Positions 10,401 through 21,917 of a stretch of 64,000 nt of DNA are shown here, one piece after another. Where the stretch lies: contig NC_068988.1 of assembly GCF_001194135.2 (NCBI RefSeq), positions 12,799,016 through 12,863,015 of the forward strand, read 5' to 3'. Position 1 is the first letter of the stretch; each line of letters starts with the position of its first letter. Position numbers and translations under genes: made by a program. The notes under the pieces were generated by a model. It was given only the letters and a program-made list of their open reading frames with translations. It searched no databases and was not told where the DNA came from. The DNA is from Octopus bimaculoides (lineage: Eukaryota).

Positions 10401-10964
10401 ATAATTATTCCTTTGGTCATTTTGAATTACAAGAAATGGCAGATCAGAAGGAAATATAAACAGAGACTCTTAAAAGAAGAACGAGACAGTTTCAATGTTA
10501 CACTTAACTATGGAAGACTAGAATAGCAACAACAGCGACAAGTCAGCTACAGCTGTCACAGACCAACAATATCAACAAAACAACAGCAAAAAAAAAAAAA
10601 ACCCCAAGATACAAAACAAAATGAAATAAAGAACCACAAACAACCTTTCCCTTTGATGTTGCTTTCATTGTTTAATTTTCTGTCTTGTGTTTTATGTTGT
10701 GTACTATGCTTGTACTTTTGGCTATCCCTCTCTCAGCCAAGAAGTCCTTGTCTTGTGAGCTCACAAATGCTGGTGTCACATAAAAAGCACCCAGTACACT
10801 CTGTAAAATGGTTGGCATTAGGAAGGGCATCCAGCCATAGAAACCATGCCAAAACAGACAAATGGAGCTTGGTGCAGCTCTCTGGTTATCCCAACCATAC
10901 CAGCATGGAAAAAGGATGTTAAATGATGATGATGATGGTGGTCACAGGAAAGGATTGTAAGAGA

Positions 10965-11160
10965 GATTGTTCAATCTGAGCCAACTGGCAGGAGGCTGGG
11001 AGTAGAGCAAGAGTGAGATGGTTGGATAATATTCATAGTCTTAGTTGGTCATGTCTAGGAATCCAGCAGGAAAGAATAAGAATAGTTGCTTCTGATAGGA
11101 CCCTATGAAAGAATTGCCTGAGGACTCTACTACCATGACCCTCTCAGGAATAGTGGACAG
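10965..11160 (+). mobile_element. LINE (RTE-like) ORF 3'-end remnant
   Basis: Reads EPTGRR..RVRWLDNIHSLSWSCLGIQQERIRIVASDRTL; homologous to 60380-60620(-). Confidence 0.55.
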
Positions 11161-11414
11161 AGATGAATGGATGGATGTAATAATAGATGAATGGATCACT
11201 TTAAAACACAAAGTTTGCATCATAAAGACAGAGAGAGTCTTAGGTGAGTTGGTATCAAAAGGGTTAACTGCCTACAGAGACAACTTTTAAACCCACAATT
11301 CCTAAGGACCGACATAAACTGAGTAGACTGATTTTCATTTTATTCAATTACCAATCAATTTCTTAAACAAATATCTAGCTAGCTAGATAGGTATTTGTTT
11401 AATAAATAAATAAA

Positions 11415-11451
<37 letters not shown>

Positions 11452-11576
11452 AGGCATGAAATTGTAATGATCTTTTGGATATTGACTGATGAAGAATTAA
11501 CTATGAATTTTGTTTGTTATGGTTTTATAAAATTTCCCAATTATTGTGTTTATGTTAAATCTTTGAAATATATATA

Positions 11577-13007
11577 TCTATATATATAAAAATGAGAATG
11601 TGTGTCTGTCTGTCTGTGTGAATCCCTAAAACTCGAGAACTACGCAACCAATTTCATTCAAATTTTACACATGCCTTACTTAGGGTTCCAGTTGTGTTTT
11701 AGTCAAAAAAAATTATTAACTTCTTGCAGAGTTCGAGCACACGGCAACATAATATCTCCTCCACTATTTAAGTATTACGTGTCAAAAGTGAAATAAAAAC
11801 ACTCATGTCAAATATTTTCACTTTAAAAATGAAACTATTCCACTAACTGAAACAATCACATTTCGATACTGCAGTGACATACTTTCACAGAGAGAGANNN
11901 NNNNNNNNNNNNNNNNNNNNNNNNNNNNNNNNNNNNNNNNNNNNNNNNNNNNNNNNNNNNNNNNNNNNNNNNNNNNNNNNNNNNNNNNNNNNNNNNNNNN
12001 NNNNNNNNNNNNNNNNNNNNNNNNNNNNNNNNNNNNNNNNNNNNNNNNNNNNNNNNNNNNNNNNNNNNNNNNNNNNNNNNNNNNNNNNNNNNNNNNNNNN
12101 NNNNNNNNNNNNNNNNNNNNNNNNNNNNNNNNNNNNNNNNNNNNNNNNNNNNNNNNNNNNNNNNNNNNNNNNNNNNNNNNNNNNNNNNNNNNNNNNNNNN
12201 NNNNNNNNNNNNNNNNNNNNNNNNNNNNNNNNNNNNNNNNNNNNNNNNNNNNNNNNNNNNNNNNNNNNNNNNNNNNNNNNNNNNNNNNNNNNNNNNNNNN
12301 NNNNNNNNNNNNNNNNNNNNNNNNNNNNNNNNNNNNNNNNNNNNNNNNNNNNNNNNNNNNNNNNNNNNNNNNNNNNNNNNNNNNNNNNNNNNNNNNNNNN
12401 NNNNNNNNNNNNNNNNNNNNNNNNNNNNNNNNNNNNNNNNNNNNNNNNNNNNNNNNNNNNNNNNNNNNNNNNNNNNNNNNNNNNNNNNNNNNNNNNNNNN
12501 NNNNNNNNNNNNNNNNNNNNNNNNNNNNNNNNNNNNNNNNNNNNNNNNNNNNNNNNNNNNNNNNNNNNNNNNNNNNNNNNNNNNNNNNNNNNNNNNNNNN
12601 NNNNNNNNNNNNNNNNNNNNNNNNNNNNNNNNNNNNNNNNNNNNNNNNNNNNNNNNNNNNNNNTCTCTTGGAAGAGCCCTGCTTCTCACATGGACAACTG
12701 TATGTTGGCTGCTCAAGAGTGGGCAGCAACAAAAAACCTATTTGTATATGCTCCACAAGGGAAAACAAGGAACATAGTTTACAATGAGGTGTTATAATCA
12801 CAACAGCAAGAAAGTATGTACATGATCACCTTCTTTTACGAAACTTCATTGATTTTCATATATTTATATTGATATACATATATATACGTGTGTTTGGGTG
12901 CGTGTGTGTATATACATCTCTATATATAAAGATGATGCGTAGTCTAGACGGCGTTTTTAGATTTCATTATTCTCTTTAACCCGGGCAACGCCGGGTATTT
13001 CTGCTAG
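11577..13007 (+). mobile_element. Helitron (non-autonomous or deleted), interior partly in a gap
   Basis: 5' A|TC at 11576/7, 3' hairpin ACCCGG-GCAACG-CCGGGT and CTAG|T at 13004-13008. Pif1-helicase C-terminal motifs EEPCFSHGQLYVGCSRV and (frameshifted) NLFVYAPQGKTRNIVYNEVL* at 12665-12797. Confidence 0.85.
11898..12663. other. Assembly gap
   Basis: Run of N. Confidence 1.
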
Positions 13008-14639
13008 TATATATATATATACATATATGTGCGTGTGTATGTATGTATATGTGTGTGTGTGTGTGTGTGTATGTATATATATATATATAATCTTCCTATG
13101 TCAAAACAGAAGGGAGAGTCCATCATATATATAATGGTAGTAAAGGAATGGGTTAAAGGAACACATCCCCATGATATATTTCATTGTTGTTTTGATGTTG
13201 CAGTTTAACCCCAGGCCAGCTATGATCAAGCAGACCTATGATCAAAGGCATTCCAGTTATGACCAACCAATTATTTTTTCTATGAGTTGGTAATCCAGGA
13301 CCATATAATCCAACAAGTTTTTTTTTTAAATGTAAGGGTGTGATTTGAGGGAGATTTGGCTGCTATTTTCAGCAGACTCTTCTATTAGTTTAAGCTCCTT
13401 GATGGTTGCCTTTGTGTTGGAGGTGGTGGTGGTGGTATTAGTAGTGTTCAGTGTAGTGGAGATTGTAATGGTGGTGGTGGTGTTGGTTGCGATGGTGGTG
13501 GCAGTGCTGCACTGTACATAAACTTGTGCCAAGTTTTGCTGTGGTGACCCAAAATCTCGGTACAAAACAAGACAAATTTCTTGTCCCTTCTATTGTGTTG
13601 GAAGCAAAACATACTATCTTAATTACTGTCTGGACATTTTCAAGTCGTTCAATAATAACAGACAGCTATACCACCATGATGTGTGAATGTATGTGTGTGT
13701 GAGTAAAGAATAATTTGTATACATACATGCACAAATATCAATGTGTGTGTGCATATATACACACACACATATACGTATGTATGTGAGTAAAAAATAATCT
13801 GTATACATACATGCACAGATACTATATTTCCACGCACATAGCCATGCACAAATATCTATGTGTGTGTGCACATATAGAGAGAGAGAGAAAGAGAGAGAGA
13901 GAGACACACACACACACACACCATCATCATCATCGTTATTGTTTCAATGTCAACTTTTTCATGTTTACAAGGCTCAGTTGAAATATGTTGAAGCAGAATT
14001 CTATGGCTGGATACCCTTCCTGTACCCAGCCTTCTTTCCAAGCAAGATAATATTTCTAGGGGAAATATTTCCCATGGCCAGACGTACATATTCTGTCTAC
14101 ATTTTATGTATGCTTATAAATAGTTACTGACATGGGGGGGAGGGTCAACATATGCCTATCTCTATACCCATACATATACAAAATTATCTAAATCTATGTA
14201 TGTCTGTGAGTGGCTTTTATCCTTCAGACTTTATACCATATTTATTACAATTCTTTTTTGTTTTCTGAAATACAAATGCTTTCTCAATTAAAATTGCACT
14301 TTATTTTTGGAGCTCTTGGAAAAGGATGCATGGCATTCGATCAAAAACTACCTCAACAAATTCCATCCGAGTCATGCAAGTGGACATAAAAACGATGATC
14401 ATGATGCACAATAACACCAGCAGACCACGCTTGCTTTATTGCTTTCTAACTTAAGCATTCAATGCCTGTATTTTGCTATCATGCAATGCAGCACTTCATA
14501 CATAAGCATCACCAAATCAGTCCTTTGTTCACAGAGAGAGAGAGAGGAAGTCTTCATTTGCTGCCAGCAGAATTAATAGATTCCTGGACTTTTTTTCGAT
14601 CCTTGTGATTATTCTGGCAACTACACTTTTGAAATATTC

Positions 14640-14879
14640 AAAACTACTGTTCATTCTTTTATTTCTTTCAGTCATTTGACTGTGGCCATGTTGGAGCACC
14701 GCCTTTAGTCGAGCAAATCGACCCCAGGACTTATTTTTTTGTAAGCCTAGTACTTATTCTATCGGTCTCTTTTGCTGAACCGCTAAGTGCCGCAGACGTA
14801 AACACACCAGCATCAGTTGTCAAGCAATGTTGAAGGGACAAACACAGACACAAACACAAACACAAACACACACATATAT

Positions 14880-14913
<34 letters not shown>

Positions 14914-15075
14914 GACAAGCTTACTTCAGTTTCCGTCTACCAAATCCACTCACAAGGCTTTGGTCGGCCCGAGGCTATGGTAGAAGACACTTGCCCAAGG
15001 TACCAGGCAGTGGGACTGAACCCAGAACCATGTGGTTGGTAAGCAAGCTACTTACCACACAGCCACTCCTGTGCC
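14640..15075 (-). mobile_element. Near full-length tRNA-derived SINE (family A) with an internal CA/TA microsatellite
   Basis: The minus strand reads GGAGTGGCTGTGTGGTAAG...GGTTCAGTCCCACTG..CCTTGGGCAAGTGTCTTCTAC..; related copies at ~7080, 8180, 8700, 17370, 25850, 34090, 49740 and 54000. Confidence 0.85.
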
Positions 15076-15409
15076 TATTGGTAAAAGAAACTATCAACTA
15101 CTTCTAATATATAAATTTGTGTTGTGTCTATCTGGTCTCATTGGAAGTTAACTGAAAAGGTCTATAATGTGCAACTGCTGAGATGAGAGAGAAGTTAAAG
15201 AGAAAGATAAAGAAAGTGTGTGCTTTATTGGAAGAGGAAGTTAGAGAGTGGCAGAGAATATGTACGAGTGACAGAGAGTATGCATGAGGGGAAAAACGAG
15301 TGGGAAGTCAAGAGATTACATTTAACACACAAACACATTGATATTCACACTGATATCAATAGATTAGCTACAACACAAACTCTTATATATACACACACAC
15401 ACACACACA

Positions 15410-15600
15410 GACTGGACCGGGCGACGCGTTGTGCTCTTGAGCAAAACACTTCATTTCACGTTGCTCCAGTCCACTCAGTTGGCAAAAATGAGTAACACTG
15501 TGATGGACTGGCGTCCCGTCCAGCTGGGGAACACATACACCATTGAAACTGGCAAACCGGGCCCATGAGCCTGGCTAGGCTTTAAAAGGGTGCATTTATT
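15410..15600 (+). mobile_element. SINE (family with TGTGATGGACTGGCGTCCCGTCCAG domain)
   Basis: Head segment TGTGCTCTTGAGCAAAACACTTCATTTCACGTTGCTCCAG is shared with the reverse copy at ~640-700. Confidence 0.7.
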
Positions 15601-15699
15601 TTTTTATATATATATATATATATATACAAACATATATATGTACATTAGATAAGTCGTTAATGCTGAAACAATGCAAAATGAAACACAAAACTCAAAACA

Positions 15700-16085
15700 G
15701 AACAACAGTGGAAGTTTTACCTGTATTTCTTTGATATTTTGGGTGAGGACCTCTTCATCTGGACACATGGAGAAATTAATGATGGAATAAAGCTATTAAC
15801 ATTACCCAGATATGTGGGATAAGGTAGTGACATTCATAGACTGCAGCTGTTATAGTAGTCAGTCTGCTTCAAGTACTTCTTTTCTGTTGTTTATTTACTG
15901 GTTTTAGCTTCTTGATTAGGATAACCTCCTTGATTTGAAGGTTGACTTCCTTGCATTCTGTGGCTCTAATGGATACAGTAAAGTCCTGAATCTGACACTT
16001 CAGCAAGTATTTAAGGACTGAAGTGTTATACATATATAAATATATACACAATGAAAAAGTCCTAAGAATAACAGTTAAGACCAAG
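15700..16085 (-). mobile_element. Penelope-like element remnant (GIY-YIG C-terminus plus degenerate hammerhead-like tail)
   Basis: ORF 15869..16084 ends ..IRATECKEVNLQIKEVILIKKLKPVNKQ, resembling the PLE endonuclease tail. Downstream lies CAGATGAAGAGG...GAAATACAGGTA. Confidence 0.5.
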
Positions 16086-16654
16086 GGAGCTTTATCTATA
16101 GCTGATTTATTTTGTTTTATCTTAAATACTAGAAACTTTTCTCCTCTTTATTACTAATAAAGAGGTCATATGTCACACACTTTTCTGTCCTTATCTGCTC
16201 TTCCTCCTTTATCTAAGAGAATGAGATAGGGTAATAAAGAAACAGAAAGTGAGAAAAAAAAAAAGACAGTGTGTGAGAATAAAGAAAAGAGAAGGCAAGG
16301 ATGAGAAAAGTGGGGTACTTTTTTACTTTCTCACGAGGTTTTCAATTTGTATGATGTTATAGACATAAATACAATATTTTGCTTGATTTGTAATGATACA
16401 CACACATATATATATATTTACATTATATATATTTGCATATGTGTAAAAATGCACATGCATATGTACATACGCACAATAAAACCTATATAGATTTCAAAAT
16501 ATAAATCATTGAAATTTCAATAACGCAACGTAAGTCATCCGAATATCAGCTGAAACATAAAATGAGAATTTCTGTTCATATTTTTCTTCATCTACTGATC
16601 AGGTAGTAAGTGAATGTACACACATATATATATATACATGGGTATACATATATA

Positions 16655-16658
16655 TGCA

Positions 16659-16703
<45 letters not shown>
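16655..16703. repeat. (TA)n microsatellite; others at ~17110-17163, 28931-29001 and 30985-31028
   Basis: Seen directly. Confidence 0.95.
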
Positions 16704-16707
<4 letters not shown>

Positions 16708-17105
16708 CCATTTAGTTACATCATCTTACATACATTTCCTTAACAAAATAATTAGTTTCACAATGTAAATTACTATCAAAATGTATAGACAAATCTTCAG
16801 AGATGTGTAACCTTTATATGCTACATTGCTGAATTGTCAAATTGTTGATAGAAATAACCACCATATGCATAGCATCCATTTGTTCCCATCCCTATGAGGG
16901 TTAATTCAGTCAACAATTCAACAATCTAGTAATGTTACACATCTCTGAAGATTTTATAATGTAAATTATCTAATCAAAAATGTATTATGTAACCATTTTT
17001 TGTTACTGAAATGTATGTAAGGTGATGTAATTAATCACAGATATTTTGTTCTTATATATTAAAATAAAGTACATCTATTATCTTATGTCATCAAATAGAT
17101 TACTT

Positions 17106-17166
<61 letters not shown>

Positions 17167-17340
17167 GAACTTGTGATACACTTCAATTTCTAAACATAAA
17201 CATATTCTAATCTAAAGTTTGCTTATACCTACACACTACTGTAATTATATATATATATGAGAACTTGCGATATATTCAACTTCTAAACACAAACGTATTC
17301 TAACTTAAAGTTTCTTATACCTAAACACTGCTGTAATTTA
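17167..17340 (+). repeat. ~93-bp diverged tandem duplication
   Basis: GAACTTG.GATA.A.TTCAA.TTCTAAACA.AAAC.TATTCTAA..TAAAGTTT..TTATACCTA.ACACT.CTGTAATT occurs twice. Confidence 0.85.
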
Positions 17341-18775
17341 TTATTTTATATTATATAAGTAAATAATAAAGACATCATTGCATGGTTAAGAAGTTCAGTT
17401 TGCAGTTCAAACACACTACCTTGGACAAGGGTCTTCTACCATAGACGCAGATTGATTTTCATCAATAACTTGGGAGTGGCATGTGGAAAACAGAAACTGT
17501 AAAAGGATGTAAACATCAGGAACAAAACAAAATGAAAAAAAAACTGTTCTTCAAACAAAGACCTTTGCACCAAATTATGTTACCTGTCACTGTCGGAAAT
17601 GCAGTGATTGGTCTGTTTACTAAACTGTAAACTAACACTATTGTTCAGTTATATTATAAAATCAATTCAAATTGAAAGTTTAAGACCTTTCATATTTACA
17701 TCAAACACTCCTTAACCATTTAAAAAGACCAATAATTTTTTTTTTTCCCTGCATACAGGTAATTTGGGACATTAAAGGACTGAAATAAGTTACAGGTTAT
17801 GTCATGTTGAAGATATGAAATAGTGCTATACAAGATTACCATCGACAAAAAATATTAAGAATTTCACAGCAGACAAAATAAAATATGGGAACTATGCATC
17901 TTCATCCTCAGTTTTAAACTTTAATGCCATTTCATATTGAGGGAACGGTTATCTCCCTTGTATTAATGGCCTTGTCAGGGAGAACCAGTCAATTGGCAGA
18001 ACCAAATACATCATAATTGTCAAGTTCATTACAAAACATTACATAATTCAGGCTCCTGTGAACTGGCATAGAGCTTTAAAAAACCTGCCGATATTCATTG
18101 CTAAAAAAATTTTTAAATCATTTGAAAGTCAATTTATGTCCGTGGCTACCATGCTGCATCACAAAAGCCTTGATCTTCAACACAGCAAAAAAATATTTCA
18201 ATTCCTAACTTATTGATTTTTGGCTATTACCCAAATTACAACAATAAAGTCGTACGCCTCTTTTTAATTTACCACGAGAAAGCCAAAGATTTCATTGACA
18301 CATTTAAATTTCTAGTGGTAAATACAGTCTTTATCTGCATTAAAACTTTCCACTAGTCTTTCATCATATGGATTCTGCTCAGGCAACCTTACTGGTTTCA
18401 CTCCACTAGTTCATCTACCTCTTCTTGCTAACCTACACCTAGTTTCTCTTCTCACAATCTGCAACATTCATTACGTACAGACCTTCATTTTATCGATAGA
18501 GCTCTTCTACTTAGTTGCTACATCCGATAATAGCTGCCAAATTCCAAACCATATTAACAAATAAAAGAGCTTATTGGACAAAGTACTTCCTCTATGTATG
18601 GTATTGTTTGTTTTTGGTAGAATCAGTAAAATGTACTCAATCTGGTGAGAGGTTAAGTATCATTTAATGAATACAGGAGTTAAACATGAACTACTTCAGT
18701 TCTTATGCTAAGATAGCACAGAAAATGGACAGAGTACTGTGCACAATCTGGTGATTGTCCATGTTCAGTATTTAA

Positions 18776-18967
18776 CCCTTTTGATACCAACCCACCTGAA
18801 ATTGCTACTGGCTCTTGTAGTACAAATGTTTTGTTTCCAAAAGTTCTGAATTAAAATCTTCCACCAAATTTTAGTTACAATTGATGTTCCTAGCTCAATG
18901 ATAAATAATTTATTTTACTAAATTCTAAGAAACAGAGTATCTCAACAGAAATATGGTACCAAAAGGG
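18776..18967. mobile_element. piggyBac-type MITE (TTAA target)
   Basis: TTAA|CCCTTTTGATACCA ... TGGTACCAAAAGGG|TTAA. Confidence 0.85.
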
Positions 18968-19039
18968 TTAAGTAACCAACAAGATTTTGTAAATTACAAA
19001 TTTCAGATTATTAGATTTGAATTTTAATATTATCTTGAA

Positions 19040-19260
19040 TCTAGGGGCAGTGAGCTGGCAGGATCGTTACTACACCAGCTTGAATGCTTAGCAGCATTTC
19101 TTCAGACTTAATGTTGCAAGTTCAAATTCCATCAGGGTCAACTTCGCCTTTTATCCTTTCAGGCATCAATAGAATAAGCATCAGTTGAGCACTGGGAGTG
19201 ATGTAATTGACTTCCTTCTCCCACAAAATTGCTGGCCTTGTGCCAAAATCTGAAACGTGG
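19040..19260 (+). mobile_element. tRNA-derived SINE (family C); other copies at ~24670-24900, 29880-30095 and 59230-59660 (two), all minus strand
   Basis: Shared GGCAGTGAGCTGGCAG head, GTTCAAATTC B-box, CCTTT.ATCCTTTC.GG core and TTGCTGGCCTTGTGCCAAAAT tail. Confidence 0.8.
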
Positions 19261-19514
19261 AGTAGTGGCAACATGTAATATTGAATGCATTACGTTATTT
19301 CGTTCTGTTCACATCCTTGTTGCTAACAGACCTTCACTCAAAAACTGATGAAATAAGTACTGGTCATGAATTGGAGCTGAAATTAATTATCCATCTTCTG
19401 TAAAAAAAAAAATTGCAGTCTTGAACTAATCTAAGAAAAATCAATATTGATTATCTTTCCATAACAGCAGTGACAATTACAAAATAGTCTTTTACTTACT
19501 TTGTTTGTTGACAG

Positions 19515-19564
19515 CTAAAGCGAAAAGAGAAAACCTTCTGAAGAGAGAAGAGGTTGGGAAATAA
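19515..19564 (+). CDS. Candidate terminal coding exon (phase 0: LKRKEKTF*; phase 1: xKAKRENLLKREEVGK*)
   Basis: Acceptor cttttacttactttgtttgttgacag|CTA, then purine-rich exon-like sequence and ~3.5 kb of U-rich, SINE-free DNA. Confidence 0.3.
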
Positions 19565-21690
19565 TCAGGAAGAGAAAACTTAATAAGTGTCAAGGAAAGA
19601 GATCCAAGCTGCAACACCTCCTGACTTAGCAGTTTACAGGTTCCTTCTGTACAAATTAACTCAATGACAAACATAAATTGTAACAGTTTAAATCTTTAAG
19701 CACAGACAAGATATCCTACGTACTAAACAAATTTTAGCACTTAAAACAGTTCAACATTAAACTGAACTTGATACTTTTTGCAAAGTATATATTTATTTTA
19801 CTTGTACAAAAAGAGAGTTGATAGTGACTGAAGTTTCAGCTAGTTTTCATCATACTGTGGTGAAGTCCAACAAAATTTAGCAGACCAAAAGTTTGAAGAC
19901 ACTGTCACCAGGTTTCTTGTAAAAGTACTATATATCACATACATGCATGTTGATAAGGTTTCAACTGGTTTTATTAGAAAGACTTGTCTTTAGGGTTGAC
20001 AACACTATTGTTTCAATTGACATACTGTGAATTCATTAAAATACTTCCAGTGATGAGTAAACAAGCAATTTAACATTTGCTTTGTGTGTTTTAACTATGT
20101 AGATACATAAGATTGTATAATTGGATTAAATTAAATTAATTTTCTTTGCATGTTCCGACTATCCAAAAATCCATTTTATATGTATCAGGGAGAAAACATC
20201 GGTTAAAAAAAAAAACACATTTTAATTACAAAAGCTTTCTTTCAAGTTAAAACAATATTAAAAGAATTCAATGTGAAAGAAAAATAAATTCATAAACACA
20301 CAAAATAAAAGAAAACAAGGATTTCATTTACGGGTTTATTGGAAACCAGTCTCTAAGATATACAAAGAAAAAAACAGGCTAACTACATACACTCCTTACA
20401 TAAGGGAGACAACTGAGAGCACTTGTAAACTGGTGGTCAGTTACTTTGCTGGCTTTCTTTCTCAGCAGAGATACACAGAACCAAGTCCAGGTTGGCTGCC
20501 ACTCAAGAGACAGCTGTCACTTTTTTTTCTTTTTCCTTCTGTGGATAATTTGCCCGGCACCAACGGTCAAATTGCAAGGTTTTATTACTTTTTTTCTTTT
20601 TGTCTTCAAATTTTCTCATAATTGTTTTTTTTTCTTGTTAAAAATGGTGGCGTGTGCCTCTTGTTAAGTGAATAGACATTTAGAATTACACAGCAAAGCA
20701 GCTTACAAATGGCCAACTATCAATTTTATATCAAGTTTTTGGGTTTTTTTCTTTTTAAAAATTTATTTACATAAATGTCTTGCATTATATATATATGTGT
20801 GTATGTGTGTGTGTATATATCTATACACACATTTATACATACAAATGTATATATACACATATATACATTTATATACACATACACATGCACACGCAGTCAT
20901 TACTGACCATGTATGTGTGTATATATATATATATACATACACACACATTATTTCCACCAGCTGTTTTTTTTTTTTTGCTCCCCCCAATTTTTTTTTTAAA
21001 TTTTTTTTTTGCGCGCTAAATGTTATTCCTTGTGAAAGCGACCACGTGTCGCAAAGCCAGCAAAACACAGTTTACTCTTCTTCCCTAGGACTGTCAACTT
21101 ATTTCAATATATATATTTATATTTACAATATTATTGTGAACACCAATCAGTCAAACCATTTGGTCAAGTACTTCTGTTTCATTACTCCACTTAGCTTTTC
21201 CCTTTCTTTCTCCAAGTGTTTATTATTATTATTTATTATTATTATTATTAACATCTGATTAGAACATGGCAAAAATTATGAGAAAGACACGCAACATACA
21301 TACATACATACACATAAGTTTCTAAGCAGTTCTTGCTCCCCCATTTCATATTTATTTTTTCATTTTGTTTTTGTTTTTTGTTTCTTTTTTTGGCTTTTTA
21401 TTAATGAAATAGACCCCAAAATAGTGTCTGCTAACTCAGCAATAGAAAATAAAATAAAATTAAAGGTTTAAAAAAAAAACAAACAATAAAACAATAGAGA
21501 GATAAAGAAGAGAGTGGGCAATTTAAAGCTTTTTTTTTTCAATATGTAAGTCGGTAAAAGGAGACATTTAATGGATAACAAAGAGAGCTACAGCAAATGA
21601 GACTGCCTTGTAAATTGTAGTAATGTAACTGACTAAAACTGGTTAGAAATGGGGTTTTTTTTTTTTTTTTTTTACTGGGTGGGTAGGGTG

Positions 21691-21917
21691 NNNNNNNNNN
21701 NNNNNNNNNNNNNNNNNNNNNNNNNNNNNNNNNNNNNNNNNNNNNNNNNNNNNNNNNNNNNNNNNNNNNNNNNNNNNNNNNNNNNNNNNNNNNNNNNNNN
21801 NNNNNNNNNNNNNNNNNNNNNNNNNNNNNNNNNNNNNNNNNNNNNNNNNNNNNNNNNNNNNNNNNNNNNNNNNNNNNNNNNNNNNNNNNNNNNNNNNNNN
21901 NNNNNNNNNNNNNNNNN
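21691..21917. other. Assembly gap
   Basis: Run of N. Confidence 1.

Noticed and set aside
9844-10526. His-, Thr-, Val- and Trp-rich ORFs
   Set aside because: Translations of GGT/GTT/TG microsatellites; likewise the CVCV/HTHT/YIYI ORFs throughout the window.
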